From Phoronis australis (lineage: Eukaryota > Animalia > Phoronida), in NCBI GenBank assembly GCA_002633005.1, contig NMRA01000003.1, positions 2,282,075-2,346,074 on the forward strand: a stretch of 64,000 bases of DNA, read 5' to 3'. This document shows, piece by piece, positions 38,701 through 50,517 of the stretch. The translations under genes were made by a program, and so were the position numbers. Every line of letters starts with the position of its first letter. Positions within the stretch are counted from its first letter, which is position 1. The notes under the pieces are model-generated. The model was not told where the DNA came from and did no database searches. It worked only from the letters and a program-made list of their open reading frames with translations.

Positions 38701-41700
38701 TACAATATGCGATTCATTGTCTTTTGTGTTCACTTTTGAATCTTCAGAGGGAAAAGAAGGATGAGGCAATGGAAATGTAATGGCTCATTGTCATGGTTTA
38801 GGATGACCTGGAGGTAGATGACTACTGATGTTGCACCTGTCACACAGCCCTTATAACTTAGGTAATAAAATACTGCACACGCCTAGGTAAACTGACACAA
38901 ACTGCAGACAGAGAAGGCATGTAGATAAAATACATATGGTAACAGTACAATAAATAGGGGTGTGTTACTTACACACGGTCTTCCCAGGGAAGGCATTGAA
39001 ACTTGTTCTCGTCTGAGAAGTAGTCGTCCATGTTGAATGTAGGTAATAGCTGATATGTGGTATGATTGGATACCATGACACAGTTTCAGATATAATGATT
39101 AGCCCGCTAGTTACATCTTTGCAGCACACCCGCCCTTACATGGAGAGCCTGGTCTGATATGCTGGTTAAATAATACCATTATAATACTATTTCAAACAAT
39201 ACCCTTCTAGTCAGGGGTTTACATTGCAAAAAGAATGTTTTCAAATTGTTCAAATGCTATAATTACACGTAAGTTTAATTACATAAAATGACAAAAGAAT
39301 TTTTAAATTCATTGCAACCAGTAAGTTTTACACAGGAAAAAATGTTAAGAAAGCCAAACGAGAAAATGTCATGGATATTACCACTGCTCTTCTTGTGAGG
39401 GTAAACACCATTCAGTGTACCACTGGTAAATAGCCTTCTGTACTTGTTGAGCTTCCAGGTACATTTGTGCAAGCGAATTTTGGTTACAAGGAATAGAAGG
39501 AAACAACAATTGGACAACAAATGAACGAACAATACTTTTTGTAATCTGCTCGAAACTAGTTGTTGCCGTCCTCTCCAAAACAGAACGGCCCCAAGAGGGA
39601 GAGCTGTAGCCAAATCCACCTGAAAATTAACAGGAATCAGGATTGCTATTACATGCTCATGTGTAAAAGTTTCGCTGCTTGAAATTTCTAGATATCATTC
39701 TGAAATGCTCTTCCCAAACATACTAAAAAAGCCCCTTGTCAAGGGTGCTGCAGAAGTGAAGTAAGTTAGAGAGTTGCCATCACGTAAACTTGTGTTAGGT
39801 TTCATGGAAATTTATCAACCAGTTCTCTGGCTATAATCTACTAGAAACATTCTACCCAAAAAATACTGAAAAGTGAAAAGCATCATCCCCGGCCTCAGGG
39901 CTGGGGCAGATTGAAATATGGCTCAAGTTTCATTTAAATGCATCCATTGGTTCAACAAATATCATCCGAAAATACTCTTCCTCCCAAAAGTAATGAAAAA
40001 GCACCTTCTTGACACTGAAAAACCCATTATCGAAAATTGCTTGGTGCCAGCGCTTCGTCATTACATACGTCTTTGTAAAGTTTCATTGAAAATCCACCTA
40101 TTGGTTCTCAAGTTATCATTTGGAAACTTCTTCCCCAACAAATAGGGCTGAAAAAACATATCGAGACCGAAACGGCCACTAGGGGGTGCCACAGTGGTTG
40201 ACACTCACGGAAATTGACTAATGTTGGCACATTGTAGACAGATAACTCTGAGTCAAGTTTCATTGAAATCCATCCATTGGTTCTCGAGACATTTAAAAAC
40301 ACTCTTCTCCAAGAACTCTAAAGACCCACCCTCTGGCCTTGGAGGGCGGGGCACATTGAAATGGGGCATGCGCCATTCTAATGATGCTCTACACACTTGT
40401 GCTACATTTGATCATGATTCGACCAGAAGTTTTCAAGATACTGAGGAAACAGCCAGACAACCAGACACTTGGACAGGATGACAATAAAAACCTTACCCAA
40501 GACAATACTACTTTCACCCACTCCAGATTCATCATTTTTATATTTACCCACCTGAAATGATACCACAAAGCTGCCAAAATAGCCAAGGGCAAAATATACA
40601 CCTGAGGCATTCTTCAAACAAAGCAATAACCCATTTCCAAGAAATATTAAATAAGTATAAAACAAAATCATTAGCACATACCGTAATTCAACATGAATGT
40701 CACCTTTGCTATGTAAATCTTTTTCTAAATTCTAAAAATCCAATGAAAGCAAACATTGTTACATTCAATATGATTGGTCTCAGCCTGTCAGACAAAGCTT
40801 TATGATCAAAATCATGAAATCAAAGCACAGGGAAAAGGAAGAAATTTTGCTGTAAACTAATTTAACATTTTGCTTGGTGTTTTGCTATCTTTTGAGGAAT
40901 CGATGACTTCAAAAAATTTTCATAACGACTACCAGTACATTTTATGATCACAATGTTATTTCATAATTAATCACTCATATGTAGTAATGAGCAATCTGCT
41001 TCCATAACTCATGAACCAAATTAGACAGTGACATCTATTGGATAAGCAATAAATCGAGCACTTCAGTTCTACATGGACATACCAAAGTTAATCAGACAAA
41101 ATACCATTGTGCTGTTAAAAGTAGTGCATTGATATGGTATAGGTAAGAATTATTACCTATACCATATCAAGACACAAATTTATAACCGCACAATTACCAC
41201 CTGCGATTATAATATTTTTTTACTGCAATAGTGTAATATCCACTCTTGATATAGCTCCAAATCATGGTGTCATGAATTATCATGACAATAATTAAGAGCA
41301 ATTTCAATCATTTCCTATGACTTACAACGGTCTCAGCAAAACAGTTTAGGTTATATAATCATTCCAGACATCCTTGTGTTTTTACTTACTATGTCACTGA
41401 CCAGTGCCTACTCACAGTGAAACTCTATAAGCGAGACAGCTGTCCAGACTTCATTCATGATTATGATTTGGATGAAATCACCAGATCGTTCAATATTCTT
41501 GTTGTTTTGCACTTAAACCCACACATATTTCTAATCACTCTATATTGTAGCTAGAGTTAATAAACTTTGTGTGTTAGTAGAAACTCAACAACTGTGTTTG
41601 TTTTGGTGCTTTTCTCCATCAACTTGCTACCTTGTGAACCAATTTTCTATTTACCATTCAGAACCGTGTAATTAACAAAACTACCCTGAAATATCCCACA

Positions 41701-44700
41701 CATGGTGAAATGCACCTTGTCACTAGATGGCGATAGGGTAGTCAGTGGAAAGCACTCTGTATTCTTGTACAGATTTAATGCAGCATGCTATTTAACAAAT
41801 TCTTTGCGGACATCACTTCAAGAAATGCCACTGCAGGGTGGTGATATATTCAAATGTTCTACACAAAAATATCCGACGTCTCAAACTATCCGTGAATGTC
41901 AACTCAACATGTCTCGTATACCAGAATTAGACGTAGCATTTCTAACCAATCAACAAATTTCCAATTAGCATGATAACCTATAATGTTTCCTCTCTCATTA
42001 GACCCAATTAAAACTGTATCTTCCTAATGCTAAATGTAGTAGATAACTTAAACATGGAATTACAATCCAGTTTCCCCACACTTCTATCAATACCATTGAA
42101 CCTGGGAACATGTACAGTAAAATCTCATAAATAACTTCTGTTGGTCTCAGCTTCGACCTCTGGGTCAAGAAATGAGCATCTTAATTTATCAGTCATGGAG
42201 CAAGTGTCCAGAGGAAAGCAAAGATAACGTACTTTAATAAGTCTCACCACAGATTTTCCAAGTAAACGTTAAGCTTGTACGACAGTTTGCCAAAAAGCCA
42301 TAAAACCAGAAGTTGTTTCACAACACCAACTAATTTTTGGAAATTCACTTATAGGGTGTCAAAAAGATGTACTGCCAAAACCCATGTTTGCTAGTAAAGG
42401 GTATAAAAGTATCGCGGCATGCAAAATTCAGAAAAAAACAGCCTGTAGAAGTGGTATCTCACCTTTAAGAGTCCAGATGAAATGTCATCTTAGAAATTTC
42501 CGTTAGTTTTCGACAGTAGAAATGAGACCTAAGGTCAAGATTCACTTATTAGTTCTTTTTGGGGAAAGTTCCCTTTATTTATCGGTAGGTCATATTTTCA
42601 TGTTACACTTTGAAAGGGTGAATTTTGAGGTCATCTGGAACATAGCATTAGGTCTGAGGTCACCTAGTACACAGCATTAGGTTTGAGGTCACCTGGTACA
42701 CAGTATTAGGTTTGAGGTCAAGTGGTACATAGCATTAGGTTTGAGGTCACCTGGTACACAGCATTAGGTTTATCTTTAGCTGCCATGTTAAAAAACCAGT
42801 ACCCAAGTTTCTGGAACTTGCCATCTGGTGGAGCAAATGACAAAATTTCATCAACCCACATAAAAATTCACGGAAACAGCAGTCTCTTACAAGGTTATTT
42901 CAACAATGGCAAGAATCATATGTTGCACTACTCAAGGAGATTGGTGATATATTTTACAAATTTCAGCCAGCATCCCCAAGTTCACTGTAATATCTTCAAT
43001 TTCTGACAAGATCAGCTTCTAATCAAAAATTGTCTATGAAACAGTCAACTTTCATAGATCTATCCATGAGCAAGAAATCAGAAACCAATGAGTCTTGACA
43101 GTAACCAGAGATAGGAAAATAACCTCAAGTGACACATTGGGCTGACAAAGGTAACACAAGCGAAGAAAAAAGGGTGCACACAGCACGTCTTCCAAGTTAA
43201 ATGCAGAACCATAAATAGAACATTTTTCAATTCTGTTATTTAGTGTATGTAATCAAAAGGCAATTCCCAAAGACATGCTAGCAGGTACTTGAGAGACAAC
43301 CAGAGGAGCACGGGAGACGAGACATTCCATGGGGTCTTGAGAATCTTCCCCTGGGAACTTTTCATTCGTCTTGACTTGAATTTTGGTTCATTCCTATATC
43401 TTCTTATGGTTAAGAGTTAAACTTTCACTCCAATACTCGTAGAAATATGCGTTTATGTACTTTGAGCACCTTAATCCGTTAGACATGTGCAATGAACAGT
43501 CATAAAAAATCATACCCTCAAAAGCCTGTTCGACATGACCGACTTTCCTACAAACAATTCCCTCTTCATCAAACACCCTTTCCTAATAACTTCAACAGAT
43601 ATATGAGTACCACTTGGAATTCTTTGGGAAAAAAGTATCTCAATAGTCTTACAGAACTTTTCACTGCCATCAGGAGTATTGTCTTTGAGCAATTTACCAA
43701 TGACGAACTTTAAACTTTCATCCTTGCTATAGCAGTCAATGCCATTTTTTGTTATTCCAACACATATTTTTGGTTGTTTCTGCCACAAGTCTTGACTTGA
43801 AGTTTACTCAGGGCTTGGAATGACCAATGACAAAAAAAGCAGAAATTTTTACGGCCCAAAACATGCGCGCAGCCTTGAAATAGGCGATGTGGACCTTTTG
43901 CCGACAAAATTCGGGAGGACTAAAAAAAAATACGGTACCACCTCCAGAAGCGTGCACCTGCGTCTTTTTAGCTCGTCCGTCCACTCCCGCACTCCCACCT
44001 ACACACATTTTTGGCTGCAGAGCCGTAGTATTTGTCACCGCGGATTACAATCACACAAGACGCCACTGAAAAATCCACCACACTATCCTAGATGCCCCGG
44101 CAATGTTGGCAATTTACGTTCCTCCGAAATATAAAGAGCAAGTTCCACTTTTTCAGGTGAAAGACGTCGGCAATGCTGCGGTAAGAAACAAATCTGCGGC
44201 GGAGACTTTATATCAAATCCGATTTTTTTACGCGGAAATATAATAAAATATGCGGACAGAACATTTGAAAAAAGCGGAAATCCGCGTTTCCGCGGAAAAT
44301 GCCAAGCCTTGTTTTCTTGACTAATTTGAAATTTTATCCGTCTTTTTCGTGAATAGTGCAGTATTTGTAAGGGGGTCAAAAGAGTTATTGCCCCAAAGCC
44401 AGGAGTTCAGCTAGGATTTCAAAAATAGGGCATCCAAAATGGTTTTCCAATTTCTCAAGCTGTAACCCACTCATTTCCTATGTCCCTGAGAAAGGATCAC
44501 TTTACATGGGCGGCGCACCATAGGGGGCTGGCGGGAAGGCTATAGTTCTCCACATTTTTCAGTGCTACGCTGCACATGGTCTATAGGCCACGGCGTGCAC
44601 CACAGAGGAGGCTGAGGGGGCTTTAGTCCCCCACTTTTTTCAGAGCTGCGCCCCCATGCTTTAAGAAAGTAATTAGCGCTTTTGTTAAAGTGATATTTTT

Positions 44701-45840
44701 AAGTGTATAATGTATTTGGATGAGGTGAAAACTAAAGTGAAAAATTACTTTGTTCCGAGTTTGGAAGTCAGGCGTCCTAACCAGTCAACCAAAGAGCAAT
44801 TGCTCATACACAAGTGATTAAGAGAGGCTTTCATAATAATTGCATTCACTTCTTCACTACAAATTTTCTTATTTTTTTAGCCAGAATTGCACTAAAGCCA
44901 TTTAAAAACATGGGGCTGAAATGCATTCAAAACTGGATGGGGAGTATTGACTCAACGACAGAATAAGGGCTAGTTGCCTTCCTAGTATAGGCTATGGCTA
45001 ACCCCAATTTGGGCTGGTGGCGCTAGAGGTACAACGTAGCCTCAACTTTTAATGTGGTCCTTCATGGCGCACAAATACTGAATAACGGCTGCTGGGCATC
45101 ATTATCCATTTTAGGACCCACCAACTGTAGTCACTAGATTTTGATTTCACACCTGTCACCAATCGTCCAATGTCACCTTGTCCTTAGGCAATGACCATCG
45201 CCTCTGTTGGCCCGAAGCAGAGGCGATGTAGAGGCTATAGGCTCTCTGTACGCCGGAAGCTTTTCGGCGAATTATGCCTCGCACCGACTAAACCATCAAA
45301 GTCACGTTGTTATAAATACCTTTTGCGCATAGAGGAACACCTTAGGAGGTTGTCGATGTGTTTAATTCCTTCCAACTCGAACAAATACTCCCGTTATGAA
45401 ACTTTTTCTTCGAGCAGTCCCTATTTCAGTTCCCAAAATCGTNNNNNNNNNNNNNNNNNNNNNNNNNNNNNNNNNNNNNNNNNNNNNNNNNNNNNNNNNN
45501 NNNNNNNNNNNNNNNNNNNNNNNNNNNNNNNNNNNNNNNNNNNNNNNNNNNNNNNNNNNNNNNNNNNNNNNNNNNNNNNNNNNNNNNNNNNNNNNNNNNN
45601 NNNNNNNNNNNNNNNNNNNNNNNNNNNNNNNNNNNNNNNNNNNNNNNNNNNNNNNNNNGGCTTATTCTAAGGGGAGGTTGCTTTTCAGGGCAATGCAATT
45701 CGTAAACCTGGCCGGACTAAAATGAAGAACCCTGGAAACTTAAAGAGTACAAAGTGGCGCTGAAAAGAGGTGAGCTTCAACCTCAAGTTTTGTATAAAAT
45801 CTTACATTTTGTCCTCTTCGATGTCGTAGTAGGGATCCAT
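26478..45840 (-). CDS. PICK1: PRKCA-binding protein PICK1 (PDZ + Arfaptin/BAR + acidic tail), 10 exons, 414 aa
   Basis: Exons 45806-45840, 36662-36902, 34890-34956, 33326-33415, 32492-32608, 31995-32128, 30749-30841, 29816-29916, 29087-29181, 26478-26749 total 1245 nt in frame; motifs YDIEEDKM, NLIGISIGGGAPLCPCLY, ADALGLSRAILCNDGLVK, YRVETGNYEYR, MELLDQKHVQD. Confidence 0.95.
27791..29002 (-). mobile_element. Non-autonomous Helentron-type (HINE/DINE-1-like) element
   Basis: Minus strand starts tttttatgcgcccacat...atgtggacgcat (hairpin), has a (GTCC)n microsatellite, subterminal IR atgcgcc, a 3' hairpin and a ctcttgtt end; about 380-bp internal duplications. Confidence 0.7.
29087..29181 (-). 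CDS. PICK1: PICK1 exon 9 (LILRCRQEARVRFAKLRSDVLVKMELLDQKH)
   Basis: tgaag acceptor, G|GTATG donor. Confidence 0.92.
29553..29733. repeat. Foldback inverted repeat with arms of about 75-85 bp
   Basis: aacattattactaaaatctatt...ttttggttggtcatttc / gaaatgaccaaccaaaa...aatagattttagaaataatgtt. Confidence 0.85.
29816..29916 (-). CDS. PICK1: PICK1 exon 8 (SYCLKVKEMDDEEY...GNYEYR)
   Basis: tttcag acceptor, AG|GTAGG donor. Confidence 0.93.
30749..30841 (-). CDS. PICK1: PICK1 exon 7 (MISDLNTFLLKAVPDTRLTIKKYLDTKFEYL)
   Basis: tctcag acceptor, TTG|GTGAGT donor. Confidence 0.93.
31995..32128 (-). CDS. PICK1: PICK1 exon 6 (AFGEVFASIGCREPQ...TCKP)
   Basis: ttttag acceptor, CCG|GTAAA donor. Confidence 0.93.
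32492..32608 (-). CDS. PICK1: PICK1 exon 5 (DGLVKKLEELEKTAEMYKGL...LSQTHR)
   Basis: tttcag acceptor, G|GTTTG donor. Confidence 0.93.
33220..33355. repeat. 45-bp tandem triplication spanning the PICK1 exon 4 donor
   Basis: aata(c/t)acataacttaccatt(a/t)cacaa(c/t)attgccctactcag x3. Confidence 0.95.
33326..33415 (-). CDS. PICK1: PICK1 exon 4 (VLKKVKHKIVENMNSGTADALGLSRAILCN)
   Basis: ttccag acceptor, G|GTAAGT donor. Confidence 0.93.
33527..34806. mobile_element. Non-autonomous Tc1/mariner-pogo-like DNA transposon, TA TSD
   Basis: ta|ccgtattcgccctaataagcgccca ... tgggcgcttattagggcgaatacga|ta. Confidence 0.85.
34890..34956 (-). CDS. PICK1: PICK1 exon 3 (GAVTINYNKLHADPKQGKSLDI)
   Basis: tttcag acceptor, G|GTAGGT donor. 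Confidence 0.93.
36662..36902 (-). CDS. PICK1: PICK1 exon 2 (PDZ domain)
   Basis: GMKVTSG...IGISIGGGAPLCPCLYVVQIFDNTPA; ttgcag acceptor, AAG|GTGTG donor. Confidence 0.95.
38973..39031 (-). CDS. PICK1: Candidate alternative PICK1 first coding exon (MDDYFSDENKFQCLPWEDRV)
   Basis: aacATGG start; perfect GT|GTAAGT donor in phase 2, joining the PDZ exon in frame. Confidence 0.55.
39382..39619 (-). CDS. PICK1: Candidate alternative PICK1 5' exon ending ...WCLPSQEEQW
   Basis: tttcag acceptor at 39620-39621, open frame, TG|GTAATA donor in phase 2. Confidence 0.35.
39650..40480 (-). mobile_element. Degenerate Helentron-like repeat related to 27791-29002
   Basis: Repeated aagtttcattgaaatccatcc and gccactagggggtgccac motifs, terminal (GACA)-like microsatellite. 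Confidence 0.55.
42624..42770. repeat. 29-bp tandem repeat x5
   Basis: tttgaggtcacctggtacacagcattagg variants at 42624, 42653, 42682, 42711, 42740. Confidence 0.9.
43809..44311. mobile_element. MITE, CAGGGCTTGGAAT family (longer copy)
   Basis: cagggcttggaatgaccaatgacaaaaaaagc ... gcggaaaatgccaagccttg. Confidence 0.7.
44505..44658. mobile_element. MITE with CATGGGCGGCGC TIRs and 5-bp TSD CTTTA
   Basis: cttta|catgggcggcgc ... gcgcccccatg|cttta; second copy at 52672-52755. Confidence 0.75.
45443..45658. other. Assembly gap (N run); smaller gaps at 14596-14613 and 57176-57177
   Basis: Run of n. Confidence 0.99.
45806..45840 (-). CDS. PICK1: PICK1 coding exon 1 (MDPYYDIEEDKM)
   Basis: Matches the conserved PICK1 acidic N-terminus; AT|GTAAGA donor, phase 2. 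Confidence 0.88.
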
Positions 45841-45989
45841 CTTGGATAATCCGGAAGATATCGTAGCTTGTGTCTACGGAAATATCCGAAGTATTCCGAA
45901 TGGTCACGAAGGTCTTGCGTTTCTTCAGCCTGCGAGTAAAGTTCTCACTGACTTAACCAACATAGAGTTGACATTAAGTGGGTTTCGTT

Positions 45990-46020
45990 GATCGGAGTGA
46001 TCCGCCATCTTGCTGATGAA
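45990..46020 (-). promoter_or_regulatory. Putative PICK1 promoter with a YY1-like motif
   Basis: caagATGGCGgatc on the minus strand in a CpG-richer patch just upstream of exon 1. Confidence 0.35.
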
Positions 46021-49000
46021 CCATACTCGTGATGTCCGTGTATCACTGTGCAGCATTTAACTGCATAACTCCACACTGCATCATTCAATACCTGTAATGT
46101 AAGGCAGAAGCTTACCTAGCTCATTTTGTTCAAAAGGAGAGTGAATTTTATGGTAGTTCTACAAAAACAGCATATTTGGTTCCAACTAGGATTTTTTGAA
46201 GTTGATCAATGCCGGTGCTAGTTTTAAGTTGTCCAAATTTTGGAATAAAAAAATTCCGTATTATGCCAGCTTGAAGTTCAGAACCGGTCGGTATACGTTT
46301 TTTCCCAGCATCCCTTGATGTCGTCTGAAATGGTTCAGGCGCTCTTTCCCTCTGTATCACCTGATGCCAGCTGAACATTTCTGAATTTTTCTCAGTGTCT
46401 ATAAAGTGAGTCGGTGGCTTTCAAAAAGACCCATATACAGGTCAGAACCAATTTTGTAGTTTTTGGCCTTATGAAGTTTCAAGTATGGAATTTGTTTGAA
46501 TCCCTGGCCAAAATCTTTGAAAAGGAGTGGAATGTTCGTTGATGAAAATAACTATTTGCGTTTTTCTTAATTCGCATATAATTATACCTTTGAAGCCCTA
46601 TGCATCTGTGTTTTGAGCTGAAAATATAATTCAAATAAAAAAATTGCAGGGGAGAATTTAATAGCAGAAACAATTGTTCATCTCATTTACTCCCTAGAAA
46701 GCTTTGTCAAGCTTTTAGTATTAACTTGCCAAATTAAAAAACCTTAAACCACCATATTTTTTCAGCCGTGACTAGTTCGAATGGATACGTCAACAGGAAA
46801 TGGACTTAGCTTGATATTGTGTCTATAATATTACCTTAATCAATGGCCTACACAAGCAGTCAGCAAAACTGCCAAAATAGTCTTAGCATGAGGTTGACAT
46901 TTTTTGTCTTGAAGCACATTTCATAAAAGCTTTGTTATTAACTGTCTGACCTGTTGCAGGCAATATTTGTGATGAAGTTATAAAGATCATAAGAAAAATG
47001 CGTTGTTTTTACACACCATGGTTACTGATTATTAGTGGCTGTTTTTATTTTTTTTTAGTTGGTTTTGGCATCGGCTTCTCTGCCGGCCAAGCCACTTTTA
47101 AGATGATTATGTAAATTGACAGATATCTTCTCACGGGTTTTTGTAGTATCGCAACATGATGTTGATATTTGAAATAAATTGAAACCTGTTTGGAATGGCA
47201 TCTCAATGTGTTGTTTCTGAGGTTACATGTTTTTATTACCCTTGTCATTCTTAATATTATTGATGGAAAATTTGCGTTTCCATGCATCATGATGCGCAGA
47301 TCCAAGGGGGGTACATTGGTATAAACATTAACATTGTGCGTACTTTATTTAAATGTCTGAATCCACCCAATCGCTGCTGTATTTTGACACAGGGTCTATG
47401 ATACACTGGTTTAAATTTTGAGATAATAGAGTGTCAAAATATACACAATTAGTTTTCCACTTAGGATAAAAACCCAGAGTATCACTGAGGTATCACCAGC
47501 AGTCTTACAGATTTATTTGTGACGGAGCAAACATGAGTGCAGGCTAAGACATTTTTTCTATTTTCATAAAATGCCATGCTCTTGGTTGATGCAACCTGAA
47601 GTAGACAATTACGGCCAGTTTTAAGGACTGTCTATCCAAGTATATGGTACTTCGGTGACCAGCAGTGAAATTCATAAGTGGATTTATGAGGGCGGGCCCG
47701 GGCCATCCCCCCCCCCTCCCCTTGGCTACCGGAAAAAATAAAACGGCAAGATCTTGAGGAAATAATTAGTTTATTGACTAACCCCGGTAATTAACATGCG
47801 GTTGAAACAAGATATAACAATGTGTACAGTTTTAGTTTGTGTGTGCGCGTGTGTGTGTGGCGGGGAGGGGGGGCTCAAACTAGATTGCAACTGTCCAAGT
47901 CAGATCGCCGGCGCAATCGGTTTCCCGTTTCTTTGTTTTTTTTTCGAGCCCTCCTATATTTTAGGCTGGGTGCGTCTACGCAATCGTGCTTTGTGCGATT
48001 CCCGGAGACAAAATGTTGGGCCCGACCCCGCCCCTCATGATATCTTGGGTCCGCCACTGAAATTTGAGTTCAACTTGTTTCAAGGATGAGTGGAAGTTCA
48101 TAAAACTACCCGAGAAATTAAATGGGATCTCTTTGGGCTAAAGCTGACTAAAATTAACTTCGTGTAGATTTTAGGAATGCAATGGTTGATGGGAGTGTCT
48201 CCTTTCTAGCTGACCATCTTATCCGGCTTGTAAACAACTAATTATCAAGTTCTGTACAATTATAAGCTTACCTAAAACAAAACGAGTTAAGAACTAGATT
48301 CTCATGTGGGTATTAAAGGCATCGAGGAATTTTTAAGCAAGTATGCGATGTAATTAACTGGCAAGAGATCCCAGGCCATAACGGCAGCGATTCCCCGGCA
48401 GCCAAATAATTGGGGAATTATGTCTTTTCACGGCCTTATGATGACCGTTTAAGCAACGTTCCGCGTGGGTCACATGTTTACATTGCTTTATGTTACCAAT
48501 ATTTTAAAATCTCGAAAGTATTTAAAATTTCAAATTTTCTTCTGAAAATTCCCCGGCTTCCATAAGGCCACCGTGCTTTTGTTTACGTATCGTTCATCAT
48601 CAATATGGCGGACCGCGTGTCACGCGCTGTCTGGCTTGCGAGTAAAGTCGTGTCACCTAGTTACATTTATCTCACTGGACTTAACGATATTGCACTGTTT
48701 TCGGGCAGCTTTTCTAAAATCACTCATTACATATCGCATTGGTGGACAAACCCAACACAAAATTCTTCGAAAACAAGTCAAATATTGGCCCCTTTCCGAA
48801 TCCGAAATTCCCCTATTACAACAACGGTAAATGTGACCGATCAGGGGTCTGAATCTCCAGGAACCCCTCTGGATCCGCGACTGGGTCACGATCCCCGGTT
48901 AATGATAGGTCTACTAATCAAAGTGGTAAACACAAGGGCTCATTCTGCCGTCGCTGAGGTCAGCCACTCTGATCAGAAATAATTCCGGTCTCTCCTGTTT

Positions 49001-49499
49001 AGAGAGATCAATGATGAGTTCATTCTTCTGCATCGGAAGTTCTAAAAATATTCATGATATTAAAAAACAACTTCTGCAGACCTTTTGTATATTTTCGTCT
49101 TCCAGGCTTTTGTCGAGAATACATCGGAAAAGTGCCTTTTCGAAGGGGATTTTCATCGGAAAGGGCAACCTTTCGTAGAGAAACTTGTTATGTGTCCCGA
49201 ATATCGAGTCTACGGGAGTACCCCCTGGTTTAGCCCATTCTAACAAGCCCGAACTACTTGGACAAATGAACCTCATCTACATATGTGGGATACTGAGTAC
49301 TATTGTGTTCAGTGGAAATTCTTGATAATTTGACTTAAATTAGATAAAAGAACACTGTTGAAACAGTACTCGGCATAATTCCAGACAAATTTGAGAGAAG
49401 CCGAAATGAATTTGTACCACCAAGGAATGGCAAGAACACCGTGTCCGGCAGATGAGGCACATTTTTTAGTATAAATGATGTGTATATTATAATATTTAC

Positions 49500-49500
<1 letters not shown>

Positions 49501-49530
<30 letters not shown>

Positions 49531-49576
49531 TGTATGTATGTATGTATGTATGTATGTATGTATGTATGTATGTATA
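49501..49576. repeat. (TATG)n microsatellite
   Basis: About 18 perfect units. Confidence 0.97.
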
Positions 49577-50517
49577 TGCATGCATGCATGCAAGTGTATG
49601 TATAGATGTATACATGGCATCTATACTTGAATACAGGTATGTATATGTGTAGACATATATACCTATACATTTACGTGTTCCCCTTTTCCAACGTAACTTC
49701 GTGAGAAAAAGAGACTGATACCCATTTGCAAATGAATGAGCAAAGTTGAGTAACACAAAGATTTTACCGTTTCATTGAATGTTTCATGTCTCAGTCAACA
49801 GTTTTGCAACTGTGAAAACATCTCAGGGTTCACTGATTGATGTCACAGGTCAATGTGTACACAACACTGCCACTGTGCAATTCCACCAGTTCCGTAATCA
49901 ATTCATCACTGCATAGGCAACATTCAATAAAAGGTCAATAATGGTTTGTGATTGAATTTCTGGACACACGTACGGTGCGCAAATCGTTCGTGTAATTTTC
50001 ATTGCCTCGAATTTTGCACGTACACGCTTACTGTTTTCCATAACCGGAATTGACGATTGATGACTGCGTAACTCTTCGATCCCGCGTTGCTTGCCATTTA
50101 ACTTGTAATTGATTTTATTGGATGTATCGAATCTATAATTGTTCAGCGGGACCTCCAGTGTGACGGGCACTATCAATTGAAACCGCACAAGCCGCCGATC
50201 CTGCAATTAAATGTGATTTTTTCAATTACGAAGTTCCTCACGTACGCCACAGAACAGTGGGAATTTAACTGTGTTTTATTGGACGTGTTACGAAAGAACC
50301 TTGGACAGGAATACTGAGAACATGACGGTGGACGGATGAACACTCACGTGAAATGTGAGAACGTCGTACATCATGGTATGAACCGGCCAATTTGAAATAA
50401 GTTTATTTCAGGCAAATCCTGAAGCTTTATACATACGATAGAAACGACTCGTTATTAATTTAAATAGGAGAAATTTCAGACGAACCTGTACCGTCTAAGC
50501 CTACTTCAGCCACGTTA

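Noticed and set aside
42780-43130. Coding-looking minus-strand stretch (LSEIEDITVNLGMLAEICKIYHQ...)
   Set aside because: Several stops, no splice support and no recognisable family
48600-48982. 125-aa plus-strand ORF starting in an aatATGGCGG motif
   Set aside because: No recognisable homology and it runs through MITE-derived sequence
49309-49756. His/Tyr-rich ORFs (YIHT repeats); likewise HT-rich ORFs at 58559-58868
   Set aside because: Microsatellite translations
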